IMG/VR virus record: IMGVR_UViG_3300018914_000064
Location: 11,297 to 75,296 of that record
Reading direction: 5' to 3' (one strand)
Source: a virus
Taxonomy: Duplodnaviria > Heunggongvirae > Uroviricota > Caudoviricetes
DNA: 64,000 bases
The position numbers were made by a program, and so were the translations under genes. Position 1 is the first letter of the stretch; the number at the start of each line of letters is the position of its first letter. Shown here piece after piece: positions 8,795 to 17,553 of this stretch. The notes beneath the pieces are model-generated. The model saw only the letters and a list, made by a program, of their open reading frames with translations. It searched no databases and was not told the DNA's origin.

Positions 8795-9931
8795 TTATTT
8801 TCGTTTGTATTTGGCTAAAATATCTTCTGGAGAAAGCTTCTGTACTGGTTTAGCTGGAATTCGAATTTTGAGTGCCATGTCAGAAACAGAAGATGTATAT
8901 TCAGTGTGTTGTTGGTCAGCAATAACCGTTTCGATTTTTTGTTTATTTTGTTCTAAAATATGTTCAATACGTTTTAATCGTGTATTTATCCAAGGAAGTC
9001 CTCCAAGTACAGTAACAATTTTGCTGCTTGATTCGTGGTAAATACCTTCATATAGACCAATTGGCATACCGTTATCGAAGGCTGAAAATATACCTTGGTG
9101 TGAGATTAGATCTGTAAACCGTTCTTCACCGTCAAAGATGATGCCAGCACGAGTCACATAATTAAATTCAAGAGGGGAGAAGATTGACTTTTCCCATTGG
9201 TCATGGATTAGTTTTGTTATCCCGTCAGGTGTTAACTGAATTGAATTATTGTTGTCTGACAAAGACATAAAATTAATTTCGCAAATGTGCCCAATGCCTT
9301 TTGTTTGCAGGATGGTAAGAAGGTCTTTCTTGTCAAAGTTACCATTTTTACTCGATTTATCAATGTATGAAGTAAGTGTGCTAATCAAATGAATGGCATT
9401 TGTGTTAGTTATTTCATACAATTTATTTTTAGGTATTGTGGGATTCAACTTTTTCACTTGCTGATTGTCAATTGGGTAAATTGCCACATTTGTACGAGAC
9501 ATTTCTTCAAAAGCTGCAAGACAATTAAGTTGTGCAGTACTGTCTTCAGTTTCATCTGGAATAATTGGAAGTGCAACCACAGTTTTTTCAGGCATGATAC
9601 TTTGGATCAGGTCAACGAGCAGGGGAGAGATTCCAGAGCCAGAACCACCAGATGTAGCATAGGTGAAGATAATTACCTCAATAGACGGAGAGGAAAGGTG
9701 TTCCTTCAGCCAGTTCACTACACTGTCATATTGTTCAGCAAGCAGTGCAGTAGCCTGTTCTCGATTCTTTCCAACACCTTCAGAGCCTTTCAGTTTAAGA
9801 CGGTGTTCAACAAATTCCAAAGCGTCTAAATCCCTTTGAGAATAGTTGATAGCAACTCCATAAAATCCATGTTTTACTGCCTCATCGACTACATTTCCTC
9901 CAGCTCCACCGCACCCAATAAATGAGATCAT
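8795..9931 (-). CDS. tubZ: TubZ-like tubulin/FtsZ-family GTPase (378 aa).
   Basis: N-terminal IGCGGAGGN glycine-rich nucleotide loop. ATSGGSGSGIS tubulin-signature-like T4 loop. Lies immediately downstream of a small wHTH gene. Confidence 0.7.
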   Translation of the reverse strand: MISFIGCGGAGGNVVDEAVKHGFYGVAINYSQRDLDALEFVEHRLKLKGSEGVGKNREQATALLAEQYDSVVNWLKEHLSSPSIEVIIFTYATSGGSGSGISPLLVDLIQSIMPEKTVVALPIIPDETEDSTAQLNCLAAFEEMSRTNVAIYPIDNQQVKKLNPTIPKNKLYEITNTNAIHLISTLTSYIDKSSKNGNFDKKDLLTILQTKGIGHICEINFMSLSDNNNSIQLTPDGITKLIHDQWEKSIFSPLEFNYVTRAGIIFDGEERFTDLISHQGIFSAFDNGMPIGLYEGIYHESSSKIVTVLGGLPWINTRLKRIEHILEQNKQKIETVIADQQHTEYTSSVSDMALKIRIPAKPVQKLSPEDILAKYKRK

Positions 9932-9951
9932 GAAAAGTCACTCCTTATATT

Positions 9952-10251
9952 TTAGTTATTTAACTGAGTTGACAATTGTTCAAAAGCCTGTTTTCCGTAT
10001 TCCGTTAGATAATAAGCGTATGCTTTACCTTCGCCAATTGATTCAATGAAACAAAGTGCCTCCAAACGATTGATAACCTTGCGATAGGTTGCCTCACTGA
10101 AATTAGTTTTCTCAACGATTTCCTGCTTATTTTTAGCACGAAGGGGAATCATTGACGAATCAATAGCGAGCAGTGTAAGTAACTCAAAATCCTGCAACGT
10201 AAGTCTTTTTACAACCTGATCAAAATAATCCATTCGCACACCTCCAATCAT
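9952..10251 (-). CDS. tubR: TubR-like small winged-HTH DNA-binding protein (99 aa).
   Basis: About 100-aa basic/helical protein directly upstream of tubZ in the same orientation, as in type III partition loci. The start may be the Met at 10233. Confidence 0.5.
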   Translation of the reverse strand: MIGGVRMDYFDQVVKRLTLQDFELLTLLAIDSSMIPLRAKNKQEIVEKTNFSEATYRKVINRLEALCFIESIGEGKAYAYYLTEYGKQAFEQLSTQLNN

Positions 10252-10319
10252 ACAAAATTTTGCATGATTTAATATGAGTACATTGTATAATTTTAGTTAA
10301 TATTACGCAAGGATAAATT

Positions 10320-10589
10320 TTACTTCTTGTAGTAAAAAATATCCTCAATTCCAAATTCTTTACCTATATCGTATTCTTGTGAAAGACGGTTTAATGTATC
10401 TAATGCCATTTGTAATGTTATAAGGTCAATTTGTTTTGCTGTTCCATTGCACCACGCAGCCACTGTAGCTGGTCGAATGCCAGATTCAATGGAAAACTGA
10501 TTCATGGAAATCCGCATTTTGGCTAAGGTTTTATCCAAAACGAAGACAATCTTTTTTGCATCTAAATATTTGCGGCGTACATATACCAT
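10320..10589 (-). CDS. Small HTH-type regulator (89 aa).
   Basis: MNQFSIESGIRPATVAAWCNG resembles an HTH. Divergently oriented from the agr-like operon. Confidence 0.45.
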   Translation of the reverse strand: MVYVRRKYLDAKKIVFVLDKTLAKMRISMNQFSIESGIRPATVAAWCNGTAKQIDLITLQMALDTLNRLSQEYDIGKEFGIEDIFYYKK

Positions 10590-10651
10590 GTTAAGTTCTC
10601 CAATATTATGTGGGTTTCATGCCATTATTTTAATAGAAAACGACTATTGCT

Positions 10652-10672
10652 CATACTACTCACTGAGTAGTA
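10652..10672. promoter_or_regulatory. Perfect 21-bp palindrome, a candidate operator.
   Basis: ATACTACTCA-C-TGAGTAGTAT in the divergent intergenic region, with additional AGTAGT/GCTACT half-site-like repeats nearby. Confidence 0.35.
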
Positions 10673-10785
10673 TTATATGACTAATCGAGTAGTGAAGATA
10701 AAAACAATTAAAAAAATAGTATTGCTAATTCAATGTCCAATGATACAATAATGCTACTATATTATTGTATCAGGGGAGAAAGCGT

Positions 10786-11466
10786 ATGAAATTAGCCCTA
10801 TTTTTCTTGTTTTCATCATTGGAGTACATAATTATCTTTATAATTATGTTTCGTCTCTTCAGGCAAAGGATATTAATTCATACTGGGAAAATTCTTTTCG
10901 TATGCGTTTTCCTTACATTACTATCTCACTTTATAAGGTACACAGTCCATTTAAATGAATTTGCTATATTAATTCAAATTATTGCGATGATTGTTGCATT
11001 AAGGTTTTTATGGGAATATCAGTGGTTTTATTCGATGGTTATGGTGGTAATATCTTATTGTTCGTATCTTTCCATAAACATTCTTACATTCTACACTATG
11101 AATGCTCTAGGAATTATTACTATGGATCAAGTACAAGAACCAGATGGCAGTGGTGCGACAATGTTAGGATATGTTTTGCAAGTAATAACCATAGCAGTTA
11201 GTTTAGTGATTATTTATTTGGCAAGAAATTTTAATAGAGGATGGGCATTTATACCTGACGGAGAAAAACATGTTAGTTTCAACAAAAAAGAAAATCGACA
11301 GTTATTGATAATGTGCATCATGACTGCAATTGTCTTCGGAAGTATACTTTTCCTTGGGGATCTATGGGGAAATATTTCGCTATTGATTACGTACACCCTA
11401 ATGGTAATAATATTGGCAATATTGTTCTTCTTCGCTTATAAAAAGGACGTGAGTGAGATTGATTGA
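10786..11466 (+). CDS. Polytopic membrane protein (about 226 aa, 6 TM), first gene of the agr-like operon.
   Basis: RBS GGGGAGAAAG before ATG 10786. A TTG at 10765 is an alternative start. Its stop overlaps the agrB-like start. Confidence 0.5.
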   Translation: MKLALFFLFSSLEYIIIFIIMFRLFRQRILIHTGKILFVCVFLTLLSHFIRYTVHLNEFAILIQIIAMIVALRFLWEYQWFYSMVMVVISYCSYLSINILTFYTMNALGIITMDQVQEPDGSGATMLGYVLQVITIAVSLVIIYLARNFNRGWAFIPDGEKHVSFNKKENRQLLIMCIMTAIVFGSILFLGDLWGNISLLITYTLMVIILAILFFFAYKKDVSEID

Positions 11467-11986
11467 AAGTTTTTCACTGAAATTAGCTACTACTATCAAA
11501 AATACTGACCCCAACCGAATAAAGACCAGTGTTGAAGTAATGCAATTTGCTTTAATTTCATTAATAGGTCATTTGATTACATTTGTTGTTTCTTTGGGGA
11601 TTGCGGCTATAACAGGTACGTTCACAGAAACATTAATATGCCTAGTGTCAGTGATATTATTGAGATGGTTCACAGGTGGATTTCATTTCAGGTCGCCTGA
11701 GTTGTGTAGCATCGTTAGTGTGTTAGTAGTGGTTATAATTCCGTTTATTAACCTTTCTGATTTAGTCAGTATTTCACTGATTCTGTTTAGTTTAATTATG
11801 ATTTTGGTTTTTGCTCCAGTAGGCTCTAATCATTCTTCAATTCTGGAGGAAAGACACAGGCCATTACTGAAGATAATAGGCCTATCAATTGTTGCCTCAA
11901 ATTTCCTTTGGATGAATGACAACTTGTCCTTAGTATTCTTTTTTCAGACTGTAAGTTTTATTCCATTGTTGCTTGAAAGGAGGTGA
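11453..11986 (+). CDS. agrB: AgrB-like peptide-processing membrane protease (177 aa).
   Basis: GTG start. Membrane protein with GGFHFRSPELCS: His and Cys spaced 7 residues apart, as for the AgrB catalytic H77/C84. It is followed immediately by an AgrD-like ORF. Confidence 0.65.
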   Translation: MRLIESFSLKLATTIKNTDPNRIKTSVEVMQFALISLIGHLITFVVSLGIAAITGTFTETLICLVSVILLRWFTGGFHFRSPELCSIVSVLVVVIIPFINLSDLVSISLILFSLIMILVFAPVGSNHSSILEERHRPLLKIIGLSIVASNFLWMNDNLSLVFFFQTVSFIPLLLERR

Positions 11987-11992
11987 ACACTT

Positions 11993-12133
11993 ATGAAAAA
12001 GTTTTTCAACGTTGCTTCTATCGCTTATTTCGCATCTACTGCATTGGCTACTATTGCAGCTTTGGTTGTAACTCCGTACTGTGCTGGCATTACTCATCAA
12101 CCAAAAGTTCCTCAAGAACTCTACAAAAAGTAA
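11993..12133 (+). CDS. agrD: AgrD-like autoinducing peptide precursor (46 aa). Not in the ORF track.
   Basis: RBS GAAAGGAGGTGA 6 nt before the ATG. Translation MKKFFNVASIAYFASTALATIAALVVTPYCAGITHQPKVPQELYKK: an amphipathic N-terminus, a single Cys within YCAGIT (candidate thiolactone core) and a charged C-terminal tail PKVPQELYKK. Confidence 0.6.
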   Translation: MKKFFNVASIAYFASTALATIAALVVTPYCAGITHQPKVPQELYKK

Positions 12134-12169
12134 TATCCTTCTTCTGCAAGCCGAAACGTGGTGAGCCAC

Positions 12170-12523
12170 ATGATGATTCCAGCTATCCGCAAGGGACATG
12201 AAGACGAAGGAATACAATGGCTAGATGTAAAAAATGAAGTGACCCAATTTTCTCGGCAGGATAAGCGTATCGAAATACATACCAAATCGGGTATATATTA
12301 TTTGCCGACAACGTTAGAAGATTGGAGATCGACTTTAAAGCCACTTGGATTCGAGAAATTGGATGCTGGTAACATCGTCAACTTGTCCAAAATCACTTTG
12401 TTTGATGAAAGTAGCCAAAAAGTATTCTTTGAGGAAGAAGTTACATCAAAGTCCCAGCATGCTACTGTCGCAAGAATTCACTTGGAGAAAGTTAAGCATG
12501 TTAAAAGAATACTTAAAAAGTGA
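12170..12523 (+). CDS. Standalone LytTR DNA-binding domain protein (about 117 aa).
   Basis: IEIHTKSGIYYLPTTLEDWRSTLKPLGFEKLDAGNIVNLSKI matches the LytTR fold. No receiver domain. A GTG at 12158 is an alternative start. Confidence 0.55.
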   Translation: MMIPAIRKGHEDEGIQWLDVKNEVTQFSRQDKRIEIHTKSGIYYLPTTLEDWRSTLKPLGFEKLDAGNIVNLSKITLFDESSQKVFFEEEVTSKSQHATVARIHLEKVKHVKRILKK

Positions 12524-12551
12524 ACGCACTGTTTAGTGCGTTCTTTTTTTT
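12522..12551 (+). terminator. Rho-independent terminator.
   Basis: gaacgca / tgcgttc stem followed by TTTTTTTT. Confidence 0.65.
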
Positions 12552-12662
12552 GTGATCATAAAAACATGAATTTGTCAAGAAAAATCGACGACTCCTCGTT
12601 TTTAGTTTTGAAAGTTTTGTGGAGGTGTTAAGATAACTATACAAGATTTTTACAGGGGGTAC

Positions 12663-13481
12663 ATGATGATGCATATTCTCATCGTAGAAGACAACAAGGT
12701 GATCAGAGATACAATATCAAAGTATGTAGCACAAATACCCTTGGTGAAAACCGTAACAACCGCAACAAACTCTGACGAAATGTTTTCTATTTTAGCCCAA
12801 AAAAATGAAATCAACGCTCTGATCTTAGATATTGATTTAGGTGATGATTCGTTAGATGGTATTACATCCTACAGCTTGTGCAAAGAGTATGGGTATGATT
12901 TACCCGCGATTATTGTTACTGGCAATCGAGTTGAGTCAACCCAGACACATTCATTGGGAATAGTTGATGTCATAAATAAAGCCCATCTTTATGAGATTAA
13001 AAAATTGAAAGCAGCAATTGAAAAGTTAAAACTGCATAGCGATTGGAAGATGTTTAAAGAAAATCAAGGTATATGTCTGCCGATTCAAGGAGAGGAAAAT
13101 TTGTTCGTATATCCATCAGAAGTTTTATACATAGACTCGTTGAATGGTGATGTATATGTTCACACAACAAGACGAGAGGAACCATATCCTACTCAACTGA
13201 AACTAAATTATTATCAAGACGTGCTGCGTGGACTTAATTTCTTCTCACCTCATCGCTCATTCGTGGTTAATTCAAAATTTGTTCGTACTGTTGATGGGGA
13301 TGTTCTTGAACTTACAAATGGCGACAAGATTTTAGTAAGTAGCGCTAGAAGCGAGCTGATACAAGCAAAACTATCGGACACAAAACCTTATTCAGTCACA
13401 CAAAAAAGGACACTGTTATCAAGTTTTATTATCTTCACCAAAGATATCCTAAATAAAGAAAAGGAAGTGACATCATCATGA
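12663..13481 (+). CDS. agrA: AgrA-like response regulator with receiver plus LytTR domains (272 aa).
   Basis: N-terminal ILIVEDN...LILDIDLGD receiver. C-terminal LytTR-type domain. Confidence 0.75.
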   Translation: MMMHILIVEDNKVIRDTISKYVAQIPLVKTVTTATNSDEMFSILAQKNEINALILDIDLGDDSLDGITSYSLCKEYGYDLPAIIVTGNRVESTQTHSLGIVDVINKAHLYEIKKLKAAIEKLKLHSDWKMFKENQGICLPIQGEENLFVYPSEVLYIDSLNGDVYVHTTRREEPYPTQLKLNYYQDVLRGLNFFSPHRSFVVNSKFVRTVDGDVLELTNGDKILVSSARSELIQAKLSDTKPYSVTQKRTLLSSFIIFTKDILNKEKEVTSS

Positions 13482-13563
13482 AAAGGCGCATTAAGTTACT
13501 ACTCTGCAAATACTTTGTCTGGGTTGGTAGACGTTACAGCGGTCACTTTAGGAGGACAGTGTA

Positions 13564-14877
13564 GTGGTAAATGTGATAAACCTAATCGCAGTTAGTATCC
13601 CAGAGGCATTAATATCTTTATTCTTCGGTCTTTCGATTATCAATCAAAAAATTAAACCTGTATTCAATAAAATGTTGATATATGCTTGTGTATTTGGAAT
13701 GGCATCATTTGTTCTGACTGAATTAAAAGTACCATACGAATTTAAAATACTATTGTTATTTGTTGCTATGAATGGCCTCGTGTATCATTTGATTCTTAAA
13801 AACATCAAGGACACGATCATCGTTTGCGTATGCATGTACTGCATCACAAACGCATCTGAGTTTGTGATCATCAATGTGTTTAAGCTGTTCTCTATTTCTC
13901 TTGAGCAAATACTTCATAATAAGCTTTTTTTATTGGGTGCAGTATGGTCTTATCTCATCATAGTATTAATCGGAGCGTCAACTATAAATTTTTTTGATTT
14001 TGATGTAAGGAGGTTAATCCCCAAGGCAAAAACTAATCGATATCTTACTCTTTTGTTTCTAACAGGAGCTGTGGAATTTTTCTTTATTCTTCATTGTTTT
14101 ACAAGATACTATTTAAAAGAAACAAATGCAGCCAACGTCTTTTTTATAGATAACATTCCCATGTTGTTGTGGTTAATACTAGTATGTTTTTTACTTATGA
14201 TTTGGTTATTTAATCAGTACCTAAAAGCAACAGTAAGTGAGGTCGAAGTTAGAACAGAGAAGCCACATATACAGACTACCAGAGAATTGTTAAACTCCAT
14301 TCAGCAGTTTCGTCATGATTTTGTGAACCACTTTGCGGTGGTAGGCGGTTTCGTGGAGCAAGGGATGAATGATAAAGCAAAACTGTATATTGATGAGATA
14401 TTGAATGAGGTTAAGGGTATTTCGCAGCCAATAGAAGGAGAGAGAGATCCTGCTGTTTCTTTACTGCTTCAATCAAAGTTGGCAGTCTGTCAGGCAAATA
14501 ACATTATGTTCTCGTTCACTGCTATTTCCAATGCCTCTTTAAAAAGGGTATCTTCTAAGGATAAAGTCGCTATCATCGGGAATTTAATGGATAATGCGAT
14601 TCGTGCTACACAATCAATAAGGGACAATAAATATATTAAAGTAATTAAAAGTGAGGATGAATCTGAATATGTACTCACTATCGAGAACAGTGGCGAAACA
14701 ATCCCACCAGATAAACTGACCGACATTTTCAATCTTGGTTACACTACAAAAGAAGATGGCACAGGTGGTCAAGGGCTGTATATAGTAAAAAAGATCGTCC
14801 AAAAATATCACGGGATAATTGAAGTTTCCTCACTCAATAATGTTACTTGCTTCAGTATTAGAATCCCGAAGACCTAA
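13564..14877 (+). CDS. agrC: AgrC-like membrane histidine kinase (437 aa, HPK10-type).
   Basis: GTG start 8 nt after AGGAGG. About 6 N-terminal TM helices. H-box FRHDFVNHF, N-box GNLMDNAIRA, G-box GTGGQGLYIVKK. Confidence 0.75.
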   Translation: MVNVINLIAVSIPEALISLFFGLSIINQKIKPVFNKMLIYACVFGMASFVLTELKVPYEFKILLLFVAMNGLVYHLILKNIKDTIIVCVCMYCITNASEFVIINVFKLFSISLEQILHNKLFLLGAVWSYLIIVLIGASTINFFDFDVRRLIPKAKTNRYLTLLFLTGAVEFFFILHCFTRYYLKETNAANVFFIDNIPMLLWLILVCFLLMIWLFNQYLKATVSEVEVRTEKPHIQTTRELLNSIQQFRHDFVNHFAVVGGFVEQGMNDKAKLYIDEILNEVKGISQPIEGERDPAVSLLLQSKLAVCQANNIMFSFTAISNASLKRVSSKDKVAIIGNLMDNAIRATQSIRDNKYIKVIKSEDESEYVLTIENSGETIPPDKLTDIFNLGYTTKEDGTGGQGLYIVKKIVQKYHGIIEVSSLNNVTCFSIRIPKT

Positions 14878-14883
14878 GCCATT

Positions 14884-14912
14884 GACGACCCGAATTGTTG
14901 GGTCGTTTTTTT
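14884..14912 (+). terminator. Rho-independent terminator after the kinase.
   Basis: gacgaccc / gggtcgtt stem followed by TTTTTTT. Confidence 0.65.
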
Positions 14913-15163
14913 ATTATGTGCTACTTAAATTCGTGCGAATGAATGATGCTTTATCCGCACGAACGAATGATGAAACTAGGTGAATATAGTGATACGATTT
15001 TGATATGAAATTGATACACGAAACGTCTTTGGTCGTTATTGACTAATCTTGGCAGATGGTCGATAATATAGGGACGAGAACATGTGTTCCCGAAAAAACT
15101 AATATAAAGAGCGTTCCCCTCTCCGACCAAAGAAAGCAAGAACGCTCAATGGAGGCCACATTT

Positions 15164-15562
15164 ATGACATCCAAATTCATTGTAGAACAAGTACAGGAAA
15201 AAGTAAAACAAGTATTCGGTAAATTGGAGTTATCTATCAGTAGTCGAGAATTGATTTCTCCCTATAGCTTATTTATCAATGAAGTAAAGATAAACAGTTT
15301 GAGTGGGGGAAGTAACGTTTTAAAAGTACATGACTTTGAATTGAACTGGGAATACGAAGATGAAGATACCTATTTCGGTAATCTTATTGTAGATGTATCA
15401 TTTCATATTGCCGCCGAAGAGTCATTACATATCCTTGCTGCCAACTATCTGATTAATGAAACGAATGCTTATATTCAAAAGGTTACTGTTCAAACGGCGG
15501 CTGTCACACAAGAGATTGCAGTAAACGATTTCTCGATTGAATGGATAGGCATTGAAGAGTAA
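15164..15562 (+). CDS. Hypothetical protein (about 132 aa).
   Basis: GGAGG lies 8 nt before ATG 15164. The ORF is open from 15056. A hairpin terminator follows at 15590-15615. Confidence 0.45.
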   Translation: MTSKFIVEQVQEKVKQVFGKLELSISSRELISPYSLFINEVKINSLSGGSNVLKVHDFELNWEYEDEDTYFGNLIVDVSFHIAAEESLHILAANYLINETNAYIQKVTVQTAAVTQEIAVNDFSIEWIGIEE

Positions 15563-15563
15563 A

Positions 15564-16412
15564 CTAATTTAATATAAATTCCACAAAGGTCGGGGATCTC
15601 ATTAACCCCGATTTTGTGTATGCTTGGAACTTCACTTTGCATTTGAAAACAGGTTCAATGTAAATCCACTTATCAGTTTCCTTGGTGACTATTTGTTTAG
15701 CCACTTGATAAAGTGCCTTCCGTTCATTTTGAGGAACAAACTCCATCACGCCTACATACTCACCATCTTTGGATATAGACCATCCAAACTCCCCCTTACG
15801 CAGCGCGTGAATCGTTACAATGTCGTATAGGTATGCTTTTTTCTTTAGCCAGTTGTGACTTCTTACGTTAAGAGAGTATTTACTATCTAGGCGTTTGGAA
15901 ACAATCCCTTCTAATCCAAGTTCTTCTGTTGAGTGGAACAGTTCTTTCCCGTTTATAAAAGTTGGGCAAACGGAGATTGAGTTAGAGGGGATTACTATCG
16001 AATCCAGTATTTGAAGTCGGTCTTTTAGGGGAAGGCTGATTAATGGCTTCGAGTGATATAGAATATCAAATGCTACAAAATGTGCAGGAAGGCTAGTGGA
16101 AAGATATTGGATCGAGGATTGCTTGGTGGTTTGGAGTCGTTTCATTACTGATTCAAAACATGGCTTCCCCTGTTCGTCTAATACAATCATCTCACCATCA
16201 AGAATGATTTCATGTCCGTTTAGGTGAGGATGAATCTCTGGAAATTGTATGGTACAATCATTTTGATGGCGAGTGAATAGGCGAATGTCCCCGTTTTTAT
16301 AAGACAAAATGCACCTGAAACCGTCGAATTTGAGTTGATGTATCCAGTTATCGCCGTGTGGAATCTCTTCAGTTGGGTGTAATAGCATTGGTTTGATTGG
16401 TTCATGAAGCAT
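15564..16412 (-). CDS. ATP-dependent DNA ligase, minimal type (282 aa).
   Basis: Adenylation motif I LKFDGFRC (KxDGxR). The size is typical of minimal viral/LigD-type ligases. RBS GGAGGG upstream. Confidence 0.7.
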   Translation of the reverse strand: MLHEPIKPMLLHPTEEIPHGDNWIHQLKFDGFRCILSYKNGDIRLFTRHQNDCTIQFPEIHPHLNGHEIILDGEMIVLDEQGKPCFESVMKRLQTTKQSSIQYLSTSLPAHFVAFDILYHSKPLISLPLKDRLQILDSIVIPSNSISVCPTFINGKELFHSTEELGLEGIVSKRLDSKYSLNVRSHNWLKKKAYLYDIVTIHALRKGEFGWSISKDGEYVGVMEFVPQNERKALYQVAKQIVTKETDKWIYIEPVFKCKVKFQAYTKSGLMRSPTFVEFILN

Positions 16413-16492
16413 ATGACATACCCTCCACTAACATCGTAACAATGATGCGTGGGGTGTTGAATAAAAAAAGTTTGGAAAAACATTAAATAAAT

Positions 16493-16537
16493 AAAAATAA
16501 TATGTAGACAACAACAAAAACTTATTGTATTCTTAGA
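16493..16537 (+). promoter_or_regulatory. Phage promoter-like element: A-tract, TAGACA, 17 nt, TATTCT.
   Basis: AAAAATAATATGTAGACAAC is near-identical to the copy at 23216. A -10-like TATTCT lies 17 nt after TAGACA. Confidence 0.4.
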
Positions 16538-16735
16538 ACAAGAGGAAAAATGAGGGAGGAAATATAGATGAACAAGCAGGAGCTGTTGAAACAAATCAAG
16601 GAGTGGGAACGTAAACGTGACGAGTTGGATGACTTGATTGATGAGGCGTATAAGCAGTTGGATGAATCGAACGAAGAAGCTGCTTGATACATATTTACAG
16701 CAAATCTGTCTTTGATTCAGAAAGGACGAGTGAGA

Positions 16736-16987
16736 ATGAAAACTTTTGAGTATTCTAGTCTCGGCAATGATCTTTTTGCTAAATTCTATTGTGACTGCCC
16801 TAGTGAACTTTTTAAAGGTACACCAGTTGAGCACATCATGAAAACGAACATTACGCTGTCAGGATACAATGATGACTATTTTTTTGATGTAGATAACAAA
16901 GAGCCAAGAGAATATAAATGTAAATGCGGTAAACGGTATTCTTATCAGTGGAAAAGAAATGGCGTAGAAGTTGAAGAAATAAACTAA
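16736..16987 (+). CDS. Hypothetical Cys-rich small protein.
   Basis: RBS AAAGGACGAG upstream. CDC...CKCG cysteine pairs. Confidence 0.45.
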   Translation: MKTFEYSSLGNDLFAKFYCDCPSELFKGTPVEHIMKTNITLSGYNDDYFFDVDNKEPREYKCKCGKRYSYQWKRNGVEVEEIN

Positions 16988-17232
16988 ATATGTATTTGAT
17001 GCGTATTATACAATGCGGGATGGTGAAGTAAATGCGCGATACTGCGTATTGGTTGCAACAAGTAGAGGAGGCAAGGAAATCGAATTGTCTATCTCCTCTC
17101 TACTTTTTACCGACTAGTTCGTTTGGAGGACATTACGTTACATGTAGAGAATGCGAAAATTGCAAAGCAGCAATTATGAAATGATGAAAAATATATAAAG
17201 TAAGAATTTAATTGAAGAGGGAGGAAATTCAA

Positions 17233-17553
17233 GTGAAAATCTACAAAGTAACTGAAACTGATCACTATGGATATGATTTGAAACCAAAGTATTTCTTGAA
17301 CAAGAAAAAGGCATTCGAAGAATACAGGGAGTTAATAAAAAAGGCATGGGAACACCCAGACCTAGCTAGTCGTGATGATTTGGACGGAGAAAAACCAATT
17401 AAAGCCCCTGAAGCCTTTGACGTGTCAAAGGATAGCGATAAACTCGCTGAAGTTGTGGTAAGCATCTGGGAAGAGCACAACACACAGGAAGGTCACTGGT
17501 CGGACATTATTGGCTATGGAATTGAAATCAGAGAAATCGAAGTAGTGGAGTGA
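17233..17553 (+). CDS. Hypothetical protein.
   Basis: GTG start after AGAGGGAGG. Acidic protein. Confidence 0.45.
   Translation: MKIYKVTETDHYGYDLKPKYFLNKKKAFEEYRELIKKAWEHPDLASRDDLDGEKPIKAPEAFDVSKDSDKLAEVVVSIWEEHNTQEGHWSDIIGYGIEIREIEVVE

Noticed and set aside
11983-12201. The 72-aa ORF in the track that overlaps the AgrD-like ORF in another frame.
   Set aside because: Its GTG start lies inside the Shine-Dalgarno that serves the ATG at 11993, and its product has no features. The 46-aa frame matches AgrD architecture and the operon spacing.
16220-16834. A 204-aa minus-strand ORF that overlaps the ligase 5' end and the phage promoter region.
   Set aside because: It is a low-complexity, Phe/Leu/Ile-rich translation of AT-rich intergenic DNA. 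It has no RBS and overlaps a well-supported gene and a promoter.
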